Below, piece by piece: positions 1 through 9,162 of a stretch of DNA of 64,000 nucleotides. The translations under genes and the position numbers were made by a program. The DNA lies in IMG/VR virus record IMGVR_UViG_3300045999_010033, positions 1-64,000 of that record; one strand, 5' to 3'. Below the pieces are notes generated by a model, which saw only the letters and a list, made by a program, of their open reading frames with translations, ran no database searches and was not told the DNA's origin. Each line of letters begins with the position of its first letter. The stretch's first letter is position 1.

Positions 1-48
1 TATTGTTAACCATAAATTTATGGTTAACAATAAACCAATAAAACTTTA

Positions 49-513
49 CTATTGTTTTCTAAACAAACCCTCTAAAGATGAAACCTTATTTCCGTTATTA
101 TCATTTAACTGCCTTTCGTAATACAATTGTTTGAGAGTTTGTAAATCTCGCGAGTTTTGATTAACAAGCCTATTATTTTGATAAGTTGCGTTTTGTAAAA
201 TATCAATTTTCTGATTTAATAGTCTTATAGAATCAAGTGTAGAGCCCGTAAAATTATATTGATTTTCTATAATGACATCAACCTTTTCATGCAAAAGGTT
301 TTGTCCAGTTTTTACACTATCTATTTTTTGGTCAATCGTAGAAACATTTGTTCTTATTGTACTTACATCAGTAAGCCCTTTTACGAAATTAGGAAATAGC
401 AGGTAAACCATTCCCAAAGTGATAAGTAATGTTGTAGTATATAGGATAATGGTATCCATAAACTCCTTCTTACTCATTTTAATAAAATCAAAATTAAAAG
501 ATTTCCAATTCAT
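49..513 (-). CDS. membrane-anchored coiled-coil protein, unknown function
   Basis: One hydrophobic segment (IILYTTTLLITLGMVYLLF) followed by heptad-like helices. Confidence 0.6.
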   Translation of the reverse strand: MNWKSFNFDFIKMSKKEFMDTIILYTTTLLITLGMVYLLFPNFVKGLTDVSTIRTNVSTIDQKIDSVKTGQNLLHEKVDVIIENQYNFTGSTLDSIRLLNQKIDILQNATYQNNRLVNQNSRDLQTLKQLYYERQLNDNNGNKVSSLEGLFRKQ

Positions 514-546
514 AGAAGTGTGCGTTTTATATAAGTATTTAATTCT

Positions 547-1194
547 TTAAGAATTTTTCCATTGAGAATTTTCTTGTCTGCAAGACATGTGATCGGCCCA
601 ATGAATAATGTATGGCAATTCGGTTTTCAATCTAAAATCTTCGTTGTATACTATAAAATATTTTTCATTTGCTTTATTATAAAGTCCATCTGCCAAAAAG
701 ATTCCGAGCATTTCTTTTTCTGTGTAAGAGATACCATACTTGTTTAGTAACCAAACTGCGCGATGGGTAACATCAAGATAATGCAGTTCTGGATTGTGTA
801 TAAAATATTCATTTTTCTTTCTTTGTGCCCATTCATCAGTTTGAGGCAAATAATTTGGGTTAACACCATCTCCCAACTTTCCTAAATCGTGATGTAGTGC
901 GGCAAAAAATAATTCTTCATCTGTAAAATCCACAAATCCACCACCATCTTCAAATAATTTTTTCATCTTAAAGGCGTTTTTCGCAACATTCATCACATGG
1001 TCTACATATCCACCGATATATGCATTGTGAAAGTGTAATTTACCACTCGCAGGTGCAACCGCCAACTCTTTTCCCAATTCGGATTCACTGTACATGAACA
1101 GCAATCGTTCCAATCTCTCACCTTTAAATACTTTTTTTACGAATCCTATAAATCCTTCGTATGCCTCTAATAACTCTTTTTCTGTTTTTTTCAT
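547..1194 (-). CDS. HD-domain phosphohydrolase
   Basis: H...GGYVDH, LHHDLGK (HD) and downstream WADH motif. Confidence 0.85.
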   Translation of the reverse strand: MKKTEKELLEAYEGFIGFVKKVFKGERLERLLFMYSESELGKELAVAPASGKLHFHNAYIGGYVDHVMNVAKNAFKMKKLFEDGGGFVDFTDEELFFAALHHDLGKLGDGVNPNYLPQTDEWAQRKKNEYFIHNPELHYLDVTHRAVWLLNKYGISYTEKEMLGIFLADGLYNKANEKYFIVYNEDFRLKTELPYIIHWADHMSCRQENSQWKNS

Positions 1195-1244
1195 TTTATA
1201 ACTTTTTATAGTACAATATACAAAAAATTTTTGAAAAAACCAAA

Positions 1245-1568
1245 TTATTGATATAGCTCTTTTTTGGTAAGTATTTGGTAAATAATCTCCACTTCTTCTT
1301 CGGTAGTTAATGCTGGAAGATCATCATCAAACATAAAAATAGAATATACGTGATTTCCATCATCATCTATAAATTCACCATTTTCGGAAGACCACATATG
1401 TGGATAGTAATCATCTACCTTTAGAAAGTCCTCTTCGCTGGCATCGACTAATGGTATAATCCAATACCAATAGTTTTCGCCTGATTCATCATCCTTTACA
1501 TCTATTTTGAAGCACTTCCATTTTCTAAAACTTGCATCAGTTATTGGAGTTTGTGGGACGGTTATCAT
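1245..1568 (-). CDS. acidic hypothetical protein
   Basis: ORF fits the packed minus-strand run. Confidence 0.6.
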   Translation of the reverse strand: MITVPQTPITDASFRKWKCFKIDVKDDESGENYWYWIIPLVDASEEDFLKVDDYYPHMWSSENGEFIDDDGNHVYSIFMFDDDLPALTTEEEVEIIYQILTKKELYQ

Positions 1569-1571
1569 ACA

Positions 1572-1790
1572 TTACCATTTACCTAATGGACACCCCTTTT
1601 CTGCGGGAGTGAAAACTTTTGATTTTAAAACGCAGCCACATTCGGAACACACATACACGCCAACCGAATTTTTCTTTTTCTTTTCGCATTTATTACAAAT
1701 TTCTAAACGTTTGGCCGCCAATTCGTTTTGCTCATCATTTGGGCTTAATTGGATTGCCCATGATTTTAGTATTTCTTCTACTTTGTTCAT
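1572..1790 (-). CDS. small Cys-rich zinc-binding protein
   Basis: CNKC...CSECGC...CPLGKW. Confidence 0.7.
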   Translation of the reverse strand: MNKVEEILKSWAIQLSPNDEQNELAAKRLEICNKCEKKKKNSVGVYVCSECGCVLKSKVFTPAEKGCPLGKW

Positions 1791-2092
1791 ACAACTTTTT
1801 GTTTAATTGATTGAATACGTGCACATATTTCAAACATTTCTAATTCTATAAATTTTTCTTGCAACCAGCTCAATAGTTCTTTGTAATCATTGCGATGTAC
1901 AACTATGTAAGCCGGCAATCCATGTATTTTCATTAAAACTAATTCCTTTGCCGATTTATTTTTATAAAACCTTTCTATGATATCAACTATGGAAACCAAT
2001 ACACCGAATGGAATAGTTTGACGCTCTTTCAAGAAATCCCAATTATACTTTATCCACGCTCCTTCAATTTTTTCTAAGGCTTTTATATTCAT
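1787..2092 (-). CDS. hypothetical protein with UVR-like C-terminal helix
   Basis: ELEMFEICARIQ resembles EEYELCAKIRD of 22252..22635. Confidence 0.5.
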   Translation of the reverse strand: MNIKALEKIEGAWIKYNWDFLKERQTIPFGVLVSIVDIIERFYKNKSAKELVLMKIHGLPAYIVVHRNDYKELLSWLQEKFIELEMFEICARIQSIKQKVV

Positions 2093-2216
2093 AAATGACT
2101 TTTATACAATTCCAATATGGATTCGGACTAGACCAATTTGAATACCCTGTACTTGTTACATACCAATTCATAGTAACCTATTTTATATTAAATATTTGAA
2201 ATTAAAAATTATTTGT

Positions 2217-3044
2217 TTATCTTCTTATTCTACCCTTCATCACAAATACTCTGATATCGGAATCATCTTCGGCAATTGTAACTTTGCCGGACACCATTGA
2301 CTTTAATTTAGATTTTACGTTCTTAACGATATTTTTATCAATTATATTATTTCTATCCCGTTCCGCACCCCATATAACATCTATCAATTTTATATCATTT
2401 AATAATAGTTCATCCCAAGAATCAGGATTATCATCAAACCCAAAATTAAATGCATCTGCCAATTCACTTTTATTTTGTTCAGCAAACTTTTCAGCAAGCT
2501 GTATATACCTTTCTACATATTTTCTTAAAATTTCACCACGATTTTTAACATTCTTTTTAGATTTATCTGATGTGTAGTATTTAAATAGTTTAGCTCCGTT
2601 TATATCATCTAAAATAGATTTTAATTTACTATCCTGCTCAAGAAACTCCCACCAATCCAAAAAAACATTACCAATCAATGATGCCCAACGTCTACCCTGT
2701 TCATCTGGTTCGGACATTATATCATCATCGCCTTTAATTAATAAAGTACCCTCCAAATAAAACATAACGCCAGAGTTCCAAATACCGGGTATATCTACTC
2801 GCATAGATGCATTTGGTACGCGGGTCATACAACTTATAGACTTTTTAGTACCCTGAAGTGAGTCCAATTGGTCTAACTTTTTTATACTTGTAATGTGAAA
2901 CGCCCGAACACGTTTACCTTCATTCAATATTTTTGCAATCTTTGGTGTAAATGGAAATTTACGTGAATACGCAAATGTATATGCTTTCGATACCCACTTC
3001 ACATCGGTTACTGTCTCACTCAATAAATCTTTCAGTCTTATCAT
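2217..3044 (-). CDS. hypothetical protein with MIRLKDLLSE leader
   Basis: 275 aa ORF; upstream CCTTATATTTATTTG promoter-like motif. Confidence 0.7.
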   Translation of the reverse strand: MIRLKDLLSETVTDVKWVSKAYTFAYSRKFPFTPKIAKILNEGKRVRAFHITSIKKLDQLDSLQGTKKSISCMTRVPNASMRVDIPGIWNSGVMFYLEGTLLIKGDDDIMSEPDEQGRRWASLIGNVFLDWWEFLEQDSKLKSILDDINGAKLFKYYTSDKSKKNVKNRGEILRKYVERYIQLAEKFAEQNKSELADAFNFGFDDNPDSWDELLLNDIKLIDVIWGAERDRNNIIDKNIVKNVKSKLKSMVSGKVTIAEDDSDIRVFVMKGRIRR

Positions 3045-3200
3045 ACAAATAAATATAAGGGGGTTGGGGGAATTAATTCGTCGTTAGGATTACAACATTT
3101 TTTCAAACCGATATATATCGTCTAAACCAATCCATCGGCACAATCACTATCCATCCTCGCCAAAGCAACCATGCCAACACAAGGATACAAATTAAGGCTC

Positions 3201-4235
3201 TCATCGGCGAAACAATTTACGCAATCCGCGGAATATAAGCCCAACCGGAGTAGTGAGGCCCAGAAAACGAATTGCAGTATTTGCAACACCAACCGCACGG
3301 TCCACAATAGTACGACGACCTCCCTCATCAACCGGAGAGGCAGGAGCAGTATCTTCGGCAGCCGGTGGGGTCGTATCCGAAGTAGAATCGGCAGCCCCAA
3401 TGGCGGTCACCACATCGGCACCGGCATTGCCACGTTCGGTTGGTCCACTATCCACTCCCGCAAGACGAGTTTCCTTGCGTACCCTTTGGCGATTCGGGTC
3501 GGGGCCTTGCGCCGGCGGTACTTCCGTAATGGCGGAAACAATCAGGTCGGATTCCCCAACACCTTCGGGTAGTACACCATCAAAGTAGATATCGCCAATA
3601 CGATTAAAATCTACACGTAGGTCGGCAAGACGTTCCGACACACGCTTAACTATTTCGGCAATTCCATTGTAATCAATCCTGCCACCCTCGGCCGGTGGAG
3701 CAATCTTTAATGTGGCGTAGGAGTAATCCGCACCCAATCCCAAATCCGATAACCTCCACCTGTCAGCGGGCCTTTCGGCAGATGGGCTAATAGTCCAATT
3801 TATTTGCTCCAGAATCCCCTTTGGCACCGGACCAGGGTCATCATACGACCAATCCACTTCCGTCACCCCAGCGGTACGGAGAACGAATTCCTGTTGGGCC
3901 GCAAGCCCTTGTAGACCTGAAACATCTACCTTTATGATTGGTACGGCATCACCCATAGGGGCAGCCAGTCCGGATACTGTCTTTACTTCGCCATTGCGGG
4001 TGTACCAATAGTGTGGGTCACCGCCCTCTCGCGCAGCAGAAAGACTCGCGAGTGTTTTCGGGCTAACAAGCAGCCGCCCCGCGCACTCCACAATAATTCC
4101 ATCTGCCTCCAATAGGGGTAGGAGTTCACGTTCCGGCGAAAGACCGATGGCAAGTGGGGTTACTGCCGGAGGATTGGCAGCCACGAGCACTTCATCACCT
4201 ACCCGGCTATACCTTTGTGGATTTTGCCTTATCAT
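3201..4235 (-). CDS. GC-rich hypothetical protein
   Basis: 344 aa ORF, visibly GC-richer than flanks; acidic linker and basic amphipathic C-terminus. Confidence 0.65.
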   Translation of the reverse strand: MIRQNPQRYSRVGDEVLVAANPPAVTPLAIGLSPERELLPLLEADGIIVECAGRLLVSPKTLASLSAAREGGDPHYWYTRNGEVKTVSGLAAPMGDAVPIIKVDVSGLQGLAAQQEFVLRTAGVTEVDWSYDDPGPVPKGILEQINWTISPSAERPADRWRLSDLGLGADYSYATLKIAPPAEGGRIDYNGIAEIVKRVSERLADLRVDFNRIGDIYFDGVLPEGVGESDLIVSAITEVPPAQGPDPNRQRVRKETRLAGVDSGPTERGNAGADVVTAIGAADSTSDTTPPAAEDTAPASPVDEGGRRTIVDRAVGVANTAIRFLGLTTPVGLIFRGLRKLFRR

Positions 4236-4461
4236 TTCTTAACCATTTTAATGTTTCTCGGTAGCGTGCAGTTTCGCCCTTCCGCCCCCACTCACCTGTC
4301 AATACCCTCCTTTGCATGGCTGGATACACACCCATATCAATGGCTTGTAGTATGTATCGGGTTGGGTCTTCTTTTATACGTAATCCGGACGGAATGAACG
4401 TCGCGAGGCCGACCGTGCACCCAAAGCCGTTTGCTATCTTCTTATATTCTTCTTCTCTCAT
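4207..4461 (-). CDS. hypothetical protein
   Basis: Overlaps neighbours in operon-like fashion. Confidence 0.45.
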   Translation of the reverse strand: MREEEYKKIANGFGCTVGLATFIPSGLRIKEDPTRYILQAIDMGVYPAMQRRVLTGEWGRKGETARYRETLKWLRNDKAKSTKV

Positions 4462-4931
4462 CCTTTTAATTTCATTACCACTTCGTTACCACTAATCTTT
4501 GTTACGGCTTTGGGAAACGCCCTTTTGATATACTGTCCATATAGCCGGGTACGGCGGTCATCGGCAATCCACCGTATAGTATCCGGCGCCCCGTCCTTTC
4601 GAATTTCGTCACGTAGTATCGCAACTATCGTAGCCATTACCCGGTATAGTTCACCACGGTTTGTATCTCCATACCTACTCATCTTCGGGTCCCCTGCAGA
4701 AACCGTATCTATTCTGAAATCCACATACCACTCAACCGTATTCTTCACCTTCGATACGGTTTTACGTTTCAAGCTAATCGTCATCGTATATTGCACACCC
4801 GAATCGGTGGTAAACTCCCAATCCTTCATAGTGCCTCCCGAATACACCATATCGTACTCGTATGGTTTGGCCGAACCCTCTCCGGTCTCCCATAGTATTC
4901 TAATTGGTATCAATCCTTTAAGCCGTATCAT
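4458..4931 (-). CDS. hypothetical protein with MIRLK leader
   Basis: MIRLKGLIPIRILWE N-terminus; TNRGELYRVMATIV motif. Confidence 0.65.
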   Translation of the reverse strand: MIRLKGLIPIRILWETGEGSAKPYEYDMVYSGGTMKDWEFTTDSGVQYTMTISLKRKTVSKVKNTVEWYVDFRIDTVSAGDPKMSRYGDTNRGELYRVMATIVAILRDEIRKDGAPDTIRWIADDRRTRLYGQYIKRAFPKAVTKISGNEVVMKLKG

Positions 4932-5149
4932 CCCTTGCGTTTTCTATAAATATCTTCCTTATAGGTTTTTTACTCCCCAAAAAAATTTTAGCCCGGATGG
5001 GGTGTGAGCCGAAAGGGAATAGAAGCCAAAAACCTTTTGTTTCAAAAAGTGTTTCCATATGGGAAAAAATTACCCGAAATATTTTCACCGATTAGGCCCG
5101 GTTTATATTTATATTTATTTTTCCAGTTACATGAAATTCGGTTCAAGTA

Positions 5150-5253
5150 AATATAAGGGGTGCAAATGAATATAAGTGTTAGATTTATATAAATTAAATA
5201 TAAGGGGTGCAAATGAATATAAGCGGTGCAAATGAATATAAGGGGTGAAAATA
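5150..5253. repeat. four ~19-bp direct repeats AATATAAGGGGTGCAAATG
   Basis: Copies at 5150-5168, 5197-5215, 5216-5234 and a degenerate one at 5235-5253, in a non-coding gap. Confidence 0.9.
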
Positions 5254-5355
5254 AATATAAAAATCGCAAGTGAAAATCGTGGGCATAAGAATACCGCCAG
5301 CGTATTATGCCGGCGGTTCATCCCTATATGGGAGCATGTTATATGTAGTAGGATA

Positions 5356-5574
5356 TCACATATCCTTAATCATGTCCAGATACATTTGGTTAAGCTCTCC
5401 AGTATCGGTATAACTATATTGTCGCATCATATCCCTTGCCGTATCCAATGCTTCGGGTTTGGGTGCCGTCTTACCTATGTTATACTCCTTCATCCATTCT
5501 GCTTCGGAAAGGGTGATATCTGGCTCTATCGTTCGCATTATATTTAATTTCGCTTTATTTGTATCCGATTTCAA
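5356..5574 (-). CDS. hypothetical protein
   Basis: Last ORF of the leftward gene block. Confidence 0.55.
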   Translation of the reverse strand: MKSDTNKAKLNIMRTIEPDITLSEAEWMKEYNIGKTAPKPEALDTARDMMRQYSYTDTGELNQMYLDMIKDM

Positions 5575-6214
5575 TTGATTCGAAATTTATTTTGTTTATT
5601 AATATATTACTTCTGATTGCCTGCCTTTTGCATCTATTCCATTCGAAGAGAGAATATGAATAGCCTCTCTTACTTCGTCCAGTTCTTTTGAGGCCGTCCA
5701 TTTTGGCTTTCCGTCCTGCAATCTTTTTATCTTTCTCATTAGAACTACTTCTGCTTCCTTTAGCTTTTTTAGTGCGTAAGTCTCTGTTACCATCTGGCTT
5801 GCCATTTAGTTTATTCTTAATATAGTCCCAGCAAGCTGGTCCGTGCAATGATTCGTTTTGTCGTGCTTCTAATTCATAGGGATTACTTTCATAGTCCGCA
5901 TCAGGGTCGTATTTGGTCAATAGTGGTTGTAATTGGTGTGTCCATTCGTGAATACAAGTGCTTATTAGGTCTGCCACAGTATCGAATGTGTCCCAATAGA
6001 TGTAAATTTCATTATCTACTGGGTCATATTCACCGTGATAATGATAGTCCGAGTCCAAGTCTATGGACTTTTGTATGTACCATTTTGGTAAGTGTTTCTT
6101 TCTTTTGTTTGTTCCGAGTGTACGTCTGCACCAACGCAGGGCCATATTGGCAATACTTACTGCCTTTCGGCGGCCTATTTTATCTATTTTTGTGTTAAGA
6201 TAAATTTTAGGCAT
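5555..6214 (-). CDS. zincin-like metallopeptidase (HEXXH)
   Basis: GEYDP..NEIYI, CIHEWTHQLQ, NPYELEA; the C-terminal ~85 aa overlap another ORF. Confidence 0.7.
   Translation of the reverse strand: MPKIYLNTKIDKIGRRKAVSIANMALRWCRRTLGTNKRKKHLPKWYIQKSIDLDSDYHYHGEYDPVDNEIYIYWDTFDTVADLISTCIHEWTHQLQPLLTKYDPDADYESNPYELEARQNESLHGPACWDYIKNKLNGKPDGNRDLRTKKAKGSRSSSNEKDKKIAGRKAKMDGLKRTGRSKRGYSYSLFEWNRCKRQAIRSNILINKINFESIEIGYK
5599..5805 (-). CDS. small helical hypothetical protein
   Basis: Protein-like composition; nested in another frame of the 5555..6214 tail. Confidence 0.55.
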   Translation of the reverse strand: MASQMVTETYALKKLKEAEVVLMRKIKRLQDGKPKWTASKELDEVREAIHILSSNGIDAKGRQSEVIY

Positions 6215-6228
6215 AACAAATATAAATT

Positions 6229-6265
6229 AAAAAGCGGCCGAACTAATAATATAGTCCGACCGCTT
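6229..6265 (-). terminator. intrinsic terminator
   Basis: AAGCGGTCGG...TCGGCCGCTT hairpin followed by a T-tract on the minus strand. Confidence 0.65.
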
Positions 6266-6337
6266 GTAGTAAATTGGACTGCCGTTATCGGAAGTAACAG
6301 CGTGTCCGTTGCCGGTCGATTAACGAGCGGGCTTTCA

Positions 6338-6508
6338 TCATTGTGCAATAGCGCCGGCAGGTAGAATGGTGTCAACTACAACTGAGTCTGTACCAGTGGT
6401 GTCCATTACTACTACTGCCGTGTCGGTTGCGGTTACGGCTTCACTTGATTGACCACATGATACGAAGGTCATAGATGCTACTGCGAAGATTGCGAAGATT
6501 GTTTTCAT
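6338..6508 (-). CDS. 56-aa lipoprotein (missed by the ORF track)
   Basis: Manual translation: MKTIFAIFAVASMTFVSC-GQSSEAVTATDTAVVVMDTTGTDSVVVDTILPAGAIAQ; lipobox. Confidence 0.75.
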   Translation of the reverse strand: MKTIFAIFAVASMTFVSCGQSSEAVTATDTAVVVMDTTGTDSVVVDTILPAGAIAQ

Positions 6509-6574
6509 TTTCTTTCTTTTTTTTTTGTTTGTTAAATGTTTATAAATATACTAAAATTATTCCGATATTCCAAA

Positions 6575-6769
6575 TTAATGTTCTGCCCTATTATAGAATA
6601 GCCGTGGCTCATCGGGCGTAAGGGCCATTGCTTTGTTTCGTTGCATTTTATCGAGGAATGCTACCGCTTCATCCAGATCCATATCTACTGTCACCGGCTG
6701 ATTTGTATCTACTGCGGTGATTGTACAGCGTCCTTTTGAGTCTTGCTTAATATAAAATAGTGTATCCAT
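6575..6769 (-). CDS. hypothetical protein
   Basis: Packed ORF. Confidence 0.55.
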   Translation of the reverse strand: MDTLFYIKQDSKGRCTITAVDTNQPVTVDMDLDEAVAFLDKMQRNKAMALTPDEPRLFYNRAEH

Positions 6770-6772
6770 AGT

Positions 6773-7159
6773 TTAGGCTTTTGCGGGGTTTGCATTGTTA
6801 TCAATCCAATCTTCAACGTCAGCTCTTACTTGGTCAATAACATCATCAAACGAATAGTCGATACTATCTATTTCGATTTGCCTATCGTACCCCATACTCA
6901 ACTCAACTTCTGCCTCTCTTCTAAGGTCTATACGATTAAATTCATCATGCATAACACCAACCAATACATTCAAGAACGCTCCGCGTTTAAACGTTATCAG
7001 CCGATTGTCCTCATCATCTGGTGTTTCTTCTACTACATCTGCGATTTCATCTACCGCCGGCAGATCATCAATACCGTTGATAATCTTCACTACATCTTCC
7101 CGCGTAAAGATAGATGCGGGGCTTACATTTACTAATTCAATTGCGTTTTGCTTTGTCAT
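6773..7159 (-). CDS. acidic hypothetical protein
   Basis: Packed ORF. Confidence 0.6.
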   Translation of the reverse strand: MTKQNAIELVNVSPASIFTREDVVKIINGIDDLPAVDEIADVVEETPDDEDNRLITFKRGAFLNVLVGVMHDEFNRIDLRREAEVELSMGYDRQIEIDSIDYSFDDVIDQVRADVEDWIDNNANPAKA

Positions 7160-7237
7160 TGTTATATTTGTTTTATTTATTAAATTGGTTGCTCATTATA
7201 CCAATAATCATATTCATCATTCCACATTTATTCTAAT

Positions 7238-7483
7238 TTAGTCAGATTCGAACTGCATAGCAACGCCCGCCCAATACTGATGCCCTTCCGGTGTTTTGGC
7301 CCATGTGAACGATTCATTGATAAACGAATAGAACGAATTAAAATCACGATTTAAGTATTCCGATATGATATGGGGTTGGCCATAATCATCCGGCTTTGAC
7401 GATTCCGTTTCACTCAATCGTTTCAGAAACAATACTTGCAGTTTATATGGTATCATCTTCAACCATTCTAGTCCTTTCTTCAT
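7238..7483 (-). CDS. FxWxxTPEGHxYW family paralog 1
   Basis: GLEWL..IPYKLQVLFLKR...FTWAKTPEGHQYW. Confidence 0.85.
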   Translation of the reverse strand: MKKGLEWLKMIPYKLQVLFLKRLSETESSKPDDYGQPHIISEYLNRDFNSFYSFINESFTWAKTPEGHQYWAGVAMQFESD

Positions 7484-7492
7484 ATCTTATAT

Positions 7493-7720
7493 TTATTTAT
7501 ATCTTTCATTCGCGATAAGACTCCAATAATCATGCCCTTCAGCTGTATCTGACCATGTAAACCCTCCACATATAAAATCATGAAACTCTGTAAATTCATA
7601 ATTTAAATATCCAGCGATGCTTTCCAGTCCGATGTACTTCCCGCATTCGGACAATCGTTTCAGAAACAATACTTGCAGTTTATATGGCATTGTTGCCAAC
7701 CATTCTACTCCGGTTTTCAT
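7493..7720 (-). CDS. FxWxxTPEGHxYW family paralog 2
   Basis: FTWSDTAEGHDYW; 36-bp DNA identity with paralog 1. Confidence 0.85.
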   Translation of the reverse strand: MKTGVEWLATMPYKLQVLFLKRLSECGKYIGLESIAGYLNYEFTEFHDFICGGFTWSDTAEGHDYWSLIANERYK

Positions 7721-7941
7721 ATCAATTGCGCATTATATATCTTATTCCAATATTCGTGTCCTTCCGGTGTATCACGCCATACAAACCCGGCATCTATAAA
7801 AGATTCAAACGTGTCAAAATCATAAGATAGAAAGGTAGCTATAGTCCCTTTATCTTTTGGTCGTTTGTGATTAACCCGATTCTTACAAAATAGGATTTGG
7901 TCCTCTTTACTTAATTTACCCAGCCATTCTACCGCTTTCAT
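7717..7941 (-). CDS. FxWxxTPEGHxYW family paralog 3
   Basis: FVWRDTPEGHEYW. Confidence 0.85.
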   Translation of the reverse strand: MKAVEWLGKLSKEDQILFCKNRVNHKRPKDKGTIATFLSYDFDTFESFIDAGFVWRDTPEGHEYWNKIYNAQLI

Positions 7942-7950
7942 ATCTTATAT

Positions 7951-8190
7951 TTATTTATCTTTATGTGCAATCGTATCCCAATAATCGTGCCCTTCGGGGG
8001 TATCTTCCCACATAAATGCATGGTCAATAAACTGACTAAACGAATCATATTCAAGAATCAGATATTGCGCGATTGTCAATCCGCGCTTTGTAACCTCTCC
8101 ACGATTTCTGTGGTTTACTCTATTCTTACAAAATAGGATTTGGTCTTCTTTACTTAATTTACTCAGCCATTCTACTCCTAGCTTTCTCAT
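7951..8190 (-). CDS. FxWxxTPEGHxYW family paralog 4
   Basis: FMWEDTPEGHDYW; N-terminus nearly identical to paralog 3. Confidence 0.85.
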   Translation of the reverse strand: MRKLGVEWLSKLSKEDQILFCKNRVNHRNRGEVTKRGLTIAQYLILEYDSFSQFIDHAFMWEDTPEGHDYWDTIAHKDK

Positions 8191-8212
8191 AATATATGTT
8201 TTTATACTTTAA

Positions 8213-8413
8213 TTAATATCCACATTGTATTGTCAAAGTCCATTGCCGATTGAACCAACCGTAAGATAATATAATCGCTTTAGTATAAACACCAGTTTCC
8301 AAAAAATGGTCTGAATGATATACAAGCTGAATATACGGAAGGATGTGCCATTCATCTCGCTTCCACACCGGCCGGCGGTAACGGCTGAAGCTTATTATAA
8401 TACCATTTTTCAT
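8213..8413 (-). CDS. aromatic-rich hypothetical protein interrupting the array
   Basis: Packed ORF lacking the family motif. Confidence 0.55.
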   Translation of the reverse strand: MKNGIIISFSRYRRPVWKRDEWHILPYIQLVYHSDHFLETGVYTKAIILSYGWFNRQWTLTIQCGY

Positions 8414-8622
8414 ATTCTAAAGATTTCGGCAATATCAAACCAATAATCGCCTCCTTCCGGCGTTGACTCCCAAATGAAATTTCCACTAACAAATTCGCTT
8501 ACATTATCAAATTCGGATGAAAGAATATCGGATATAGTTTTTCCTTGTGAAGCACAGTTCTTCAAAAATTGAACTTGGACTTTATACGATAGCATCTTTA
8601 AACAATCTATACCTTTTATCAT
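8410..8622 (-). CDS. FxWxxTPEGHxYW family paralog 5
   Basis: FIWESTPEGGDYW. Confidence 0.85.
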   Translation of the reverse strand: MIKGIDCLKMLSYKVQVQFLKNCASQGKTISDILSSEFDNVSEFVSGNFIWESTPEGGDYWFDIAEIFRI

Positions 8623-8626
8623 TTTA

Positions 8627-8848
8627 TTAACTATTTAATTTTTGATATTTGCTATGCATTCTAACCCAATATAGATGTCCTTCCGGTGTATCATTCCATC
8701 CGAATCCAGCAATTATAAAATGCGCCACATCATCAAACCCATATAGCAATTTATCCGATATATTGATATCTTGATTGGCCATATTTTTTAATATCTGAAC
8801 TTGCATCTTATATGGTAACTGCAGCAAACAATCTATTCCCTTCATCAT
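8627..8848 (-). CDS. FxWxxTPEGHxYW family paralog 6
   Basis: FGWNDTPEGHLYW. Confidence 0.85.
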   Translation of the reverse strand: MMKGIDCLLQLPYKMQVQILKNMANQDINISDKLLYGFDDVAHFIIAGFGWNDTPEGHLYWVRMHSKYQKLNS

Positions 8849-9099
8849 TATATTCGGTATTTTGATAGTATATCACTCCAATATTGTCGGCCTTCGGGTG
8901 TGCTATTCCAAACGAATCCACGCTTCATAAAGACTTCAAAACTTCGACATTTACTTTGCAAAAAGAAAGAAATGGATCCGACATTATCAAGATTTTTTAA
9001 ATACTTAACCTGTACCGCATATGGTAATTTATTCAGATAATATAATCCGTTTTTCATTTTATATTCATTTTGCAGTCGGAGCGGGACTCGAACCCGCAA
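8848..9099 (-). CDS. FxWxxTPEGHxYW family paralog 7 (true start probably MKNGLYY)
   Basis: FVWNSTPEGRQYW; annotated start runs into the tRNA-like element. Confidence 0.8.
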   Translation of the reverse strand: MRVRVPLRLQNEYKMKNGLYYLNKLPYAVQVKYLKNLDNVGSISFFLQSKCRSFEVFMKRGFVWNSTPEGRQYWSDILSKYRI

Positions 9100-9152
9100 C
9101 GCTAAACCGTATAGGATGAGATGACCGTTTCCTCATTATAAGCTATCCGACC
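9073..9152 (-). ncRNA. tRNA-like RNA without a recognisable anticodon arm
   Basis: Acceptor GGTCGGA/TCCGACT, T-arm GCGGG-TTCGAGT-CCCGC; the middle does not fold as a D/anticodon cloverleaf. Confidence 0.6.
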
Positions 9153-9162
9153 GACCAGCCGA

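Noticed and set aside
3122-3588. Alternative ORFs in the GC-rich island
   Set aside because: Expected by chance at high GC; they overlap the longer 3201..4235 frame
5150-5253. CRISPR mini-array
   Set aside because: The repeats are mostly abutting with no unique spacers, and no cas genes are present
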